Part shown: positions 36,247-36,901 of the stretch, one piece after another
Position numbering within the stretch: the stretch's first letter is position 1
Layout: each line of letters starts with the position of its first letter
IMG/VR virus record: IMGVR_UViG_3300033076_000336
Span: 1-36,901 of that record
Strand: one strand, 5' to 3'
DNA: 36,901 nucleotides
Source: a virus
Taxonomy: Duplodnaviria; Caudoviricetes
The notes under the pieces: model-generated
Database searches by the model: none
What the model was told of the DNA's origin: nothing
What the model saw: only the letters and a program-made list of their open reading frames with translations
Translations under genes and position numbers: made by a program

Positions 36247-36901
36247 AACACATCACATTTATGGTTTACAATTTCAGGTAGGTGATGACGCCGTTATATT
36301 TTATGTTGGGCACACCAACGATCTAGAACGCCGAGCCACTGAACATAATGTAAACTCTGCAAACCCTAGACACGCTGAATATAACACTGAAAAGTATCAG
36401 TGGTGTAGAAGTCTGCGTGAGCAGGGTCTGGAGTTTGAATTGGTTCCGCTTCAATTATTTGCCAGCACCGATGAAGATAGCGAATATGAATGGATACTGC
36501 GACAGGCTCGCCAAAATATTCAGCAAGGAATTAGTTTTTATAATGACAGCCCGTTATGCAACATGAAGGGCGGAGACTTTATCTGGGAAATGATGGCTGA
36601 CCCGAGCATTAGAACAGCCAAGGATATAAAGACTTTTAGACAAAATAAACATAAGATAGCCGCAGAACGCAGAAGTTATCTTAGAGATTTTTCAGGCACA
36701 GCAGAACCAACTGCACAAGCCCAAAAGATTATAGATTGGCTGCACCGAGATGGTGAAAGAAGGCAGCAGTTAGCCGATGTTGAAGCAAAAAGACAACAGG
36801 ATCGTGCCGCTAAGTATGCAACAATGCTCAATGATCCAGAGCGTATAAAAAGGATCAAACAAGAAACAGAAAGGATGATGAATGGCGACAAAGAAGAAAA
36901 C
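36236..36901 (+). CDS. GIY-YIG nuclease family protein (3' truncated), not in the ORF track
   Basis: Read manually: HIYGL...FYVGHTNDLERRATEH...EYEWI...LCN. SD AGGAG 36225-36229; frame open to the window end. Confidence 0.8.
   Translation, partial: MKNETHHIYGLQFQVGDDAVIFYVGHTNDLERRATEHNVNSANPRHAEYNTEKYQWCRSLREQGLEFELVPLQLFASTDEDSEYEWILRQARQNIQQGISFYNDSPLCNMKGGDFIWEMMADPSIRTAKDIKTFRQNKHKIAAERRSYLRDFSGTAEPTAQAQKIIDWLHRDGERRQQLADVEAKRQQDRAAKYATMLNDPERIKRIKQETERMMNGDKEEN

Larger units (their letters stand above)
1..36901 (+). mobile_element. Tailed bacteriophage genome segment (Caudoviricetes, podovirus-like virion genes)
   Basis: Terminase, portal, scaffold, capsid, adaptor, nozzle, ejection and fibre genes are present. 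No tape measure, sheath or baseplate gene was recognised. ORFs are dense, co-oriented and often overlap via ATGA/TAATG. No host housekeeping genes are seen. Confidence 0.96.

Noticed and set aside
3616-36891. Numerous minus-strand and out-of-frame ORFs in the track nested in long genes (e.g. 3616-4056, 12130-12543, 13486-13917, 16323-16517, 30488-30808, 36676-36891)
   Set aside because: They are shadows of real + strand genes, with no motifs or translation signals.
1-36901. Stop-codon reassignment or integrated prophage boundaries
   Set aside because: Core genes are full length in the standard code and TAA, TGA and TAG all serve as stops. No integrase, att site or host genes are seen.

Overview
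The window is most of the genome of a small, apparently short-tailed (podovirus-type) bacteriophage. It is cut inside open reading frames at both ends, and almost all genes are on the + strand. Left to right: end of a probable primase, an SF3/D5-like helicase, a repeat-rich putative origin, small accessory genes (two with sigma70-type promoters), tail nozzle, four probable ejection proteins (one with a lytic transglycosylase domain), a Dps/ferritin-like gene, a two-gene minus-strand cassette, small terminase, small basic and low-complexity proteins, large terminase, portal, scaffold, major capsid, head-tail adaptor, two long fibres, a structured non-coding block and a GIY-YIG nuclease. No DNA or RNA polymerase, sigma factor, integrase or endolysin is recognisable in the window. 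Two signals stand out. (1) About 15 gene or RNA starts are preceded by TAAATA, the core of the T4-type late promoter TATAAATA, at two distinct spacings from the start codon. (2) A non-coding block at 35571-35892 contains three structured RNA-like units, each complementary to a Shine-Dalgarno plus AUG region not found in this window. Together these suggest, as a hypothesis, a capsid-autonomous small phage that uses the late transcription machinery of a large T4-like phage and interferes with foreign translation through antisense RNAs. All protein calls come from motif recognition by eye and gene order, not from database searches.
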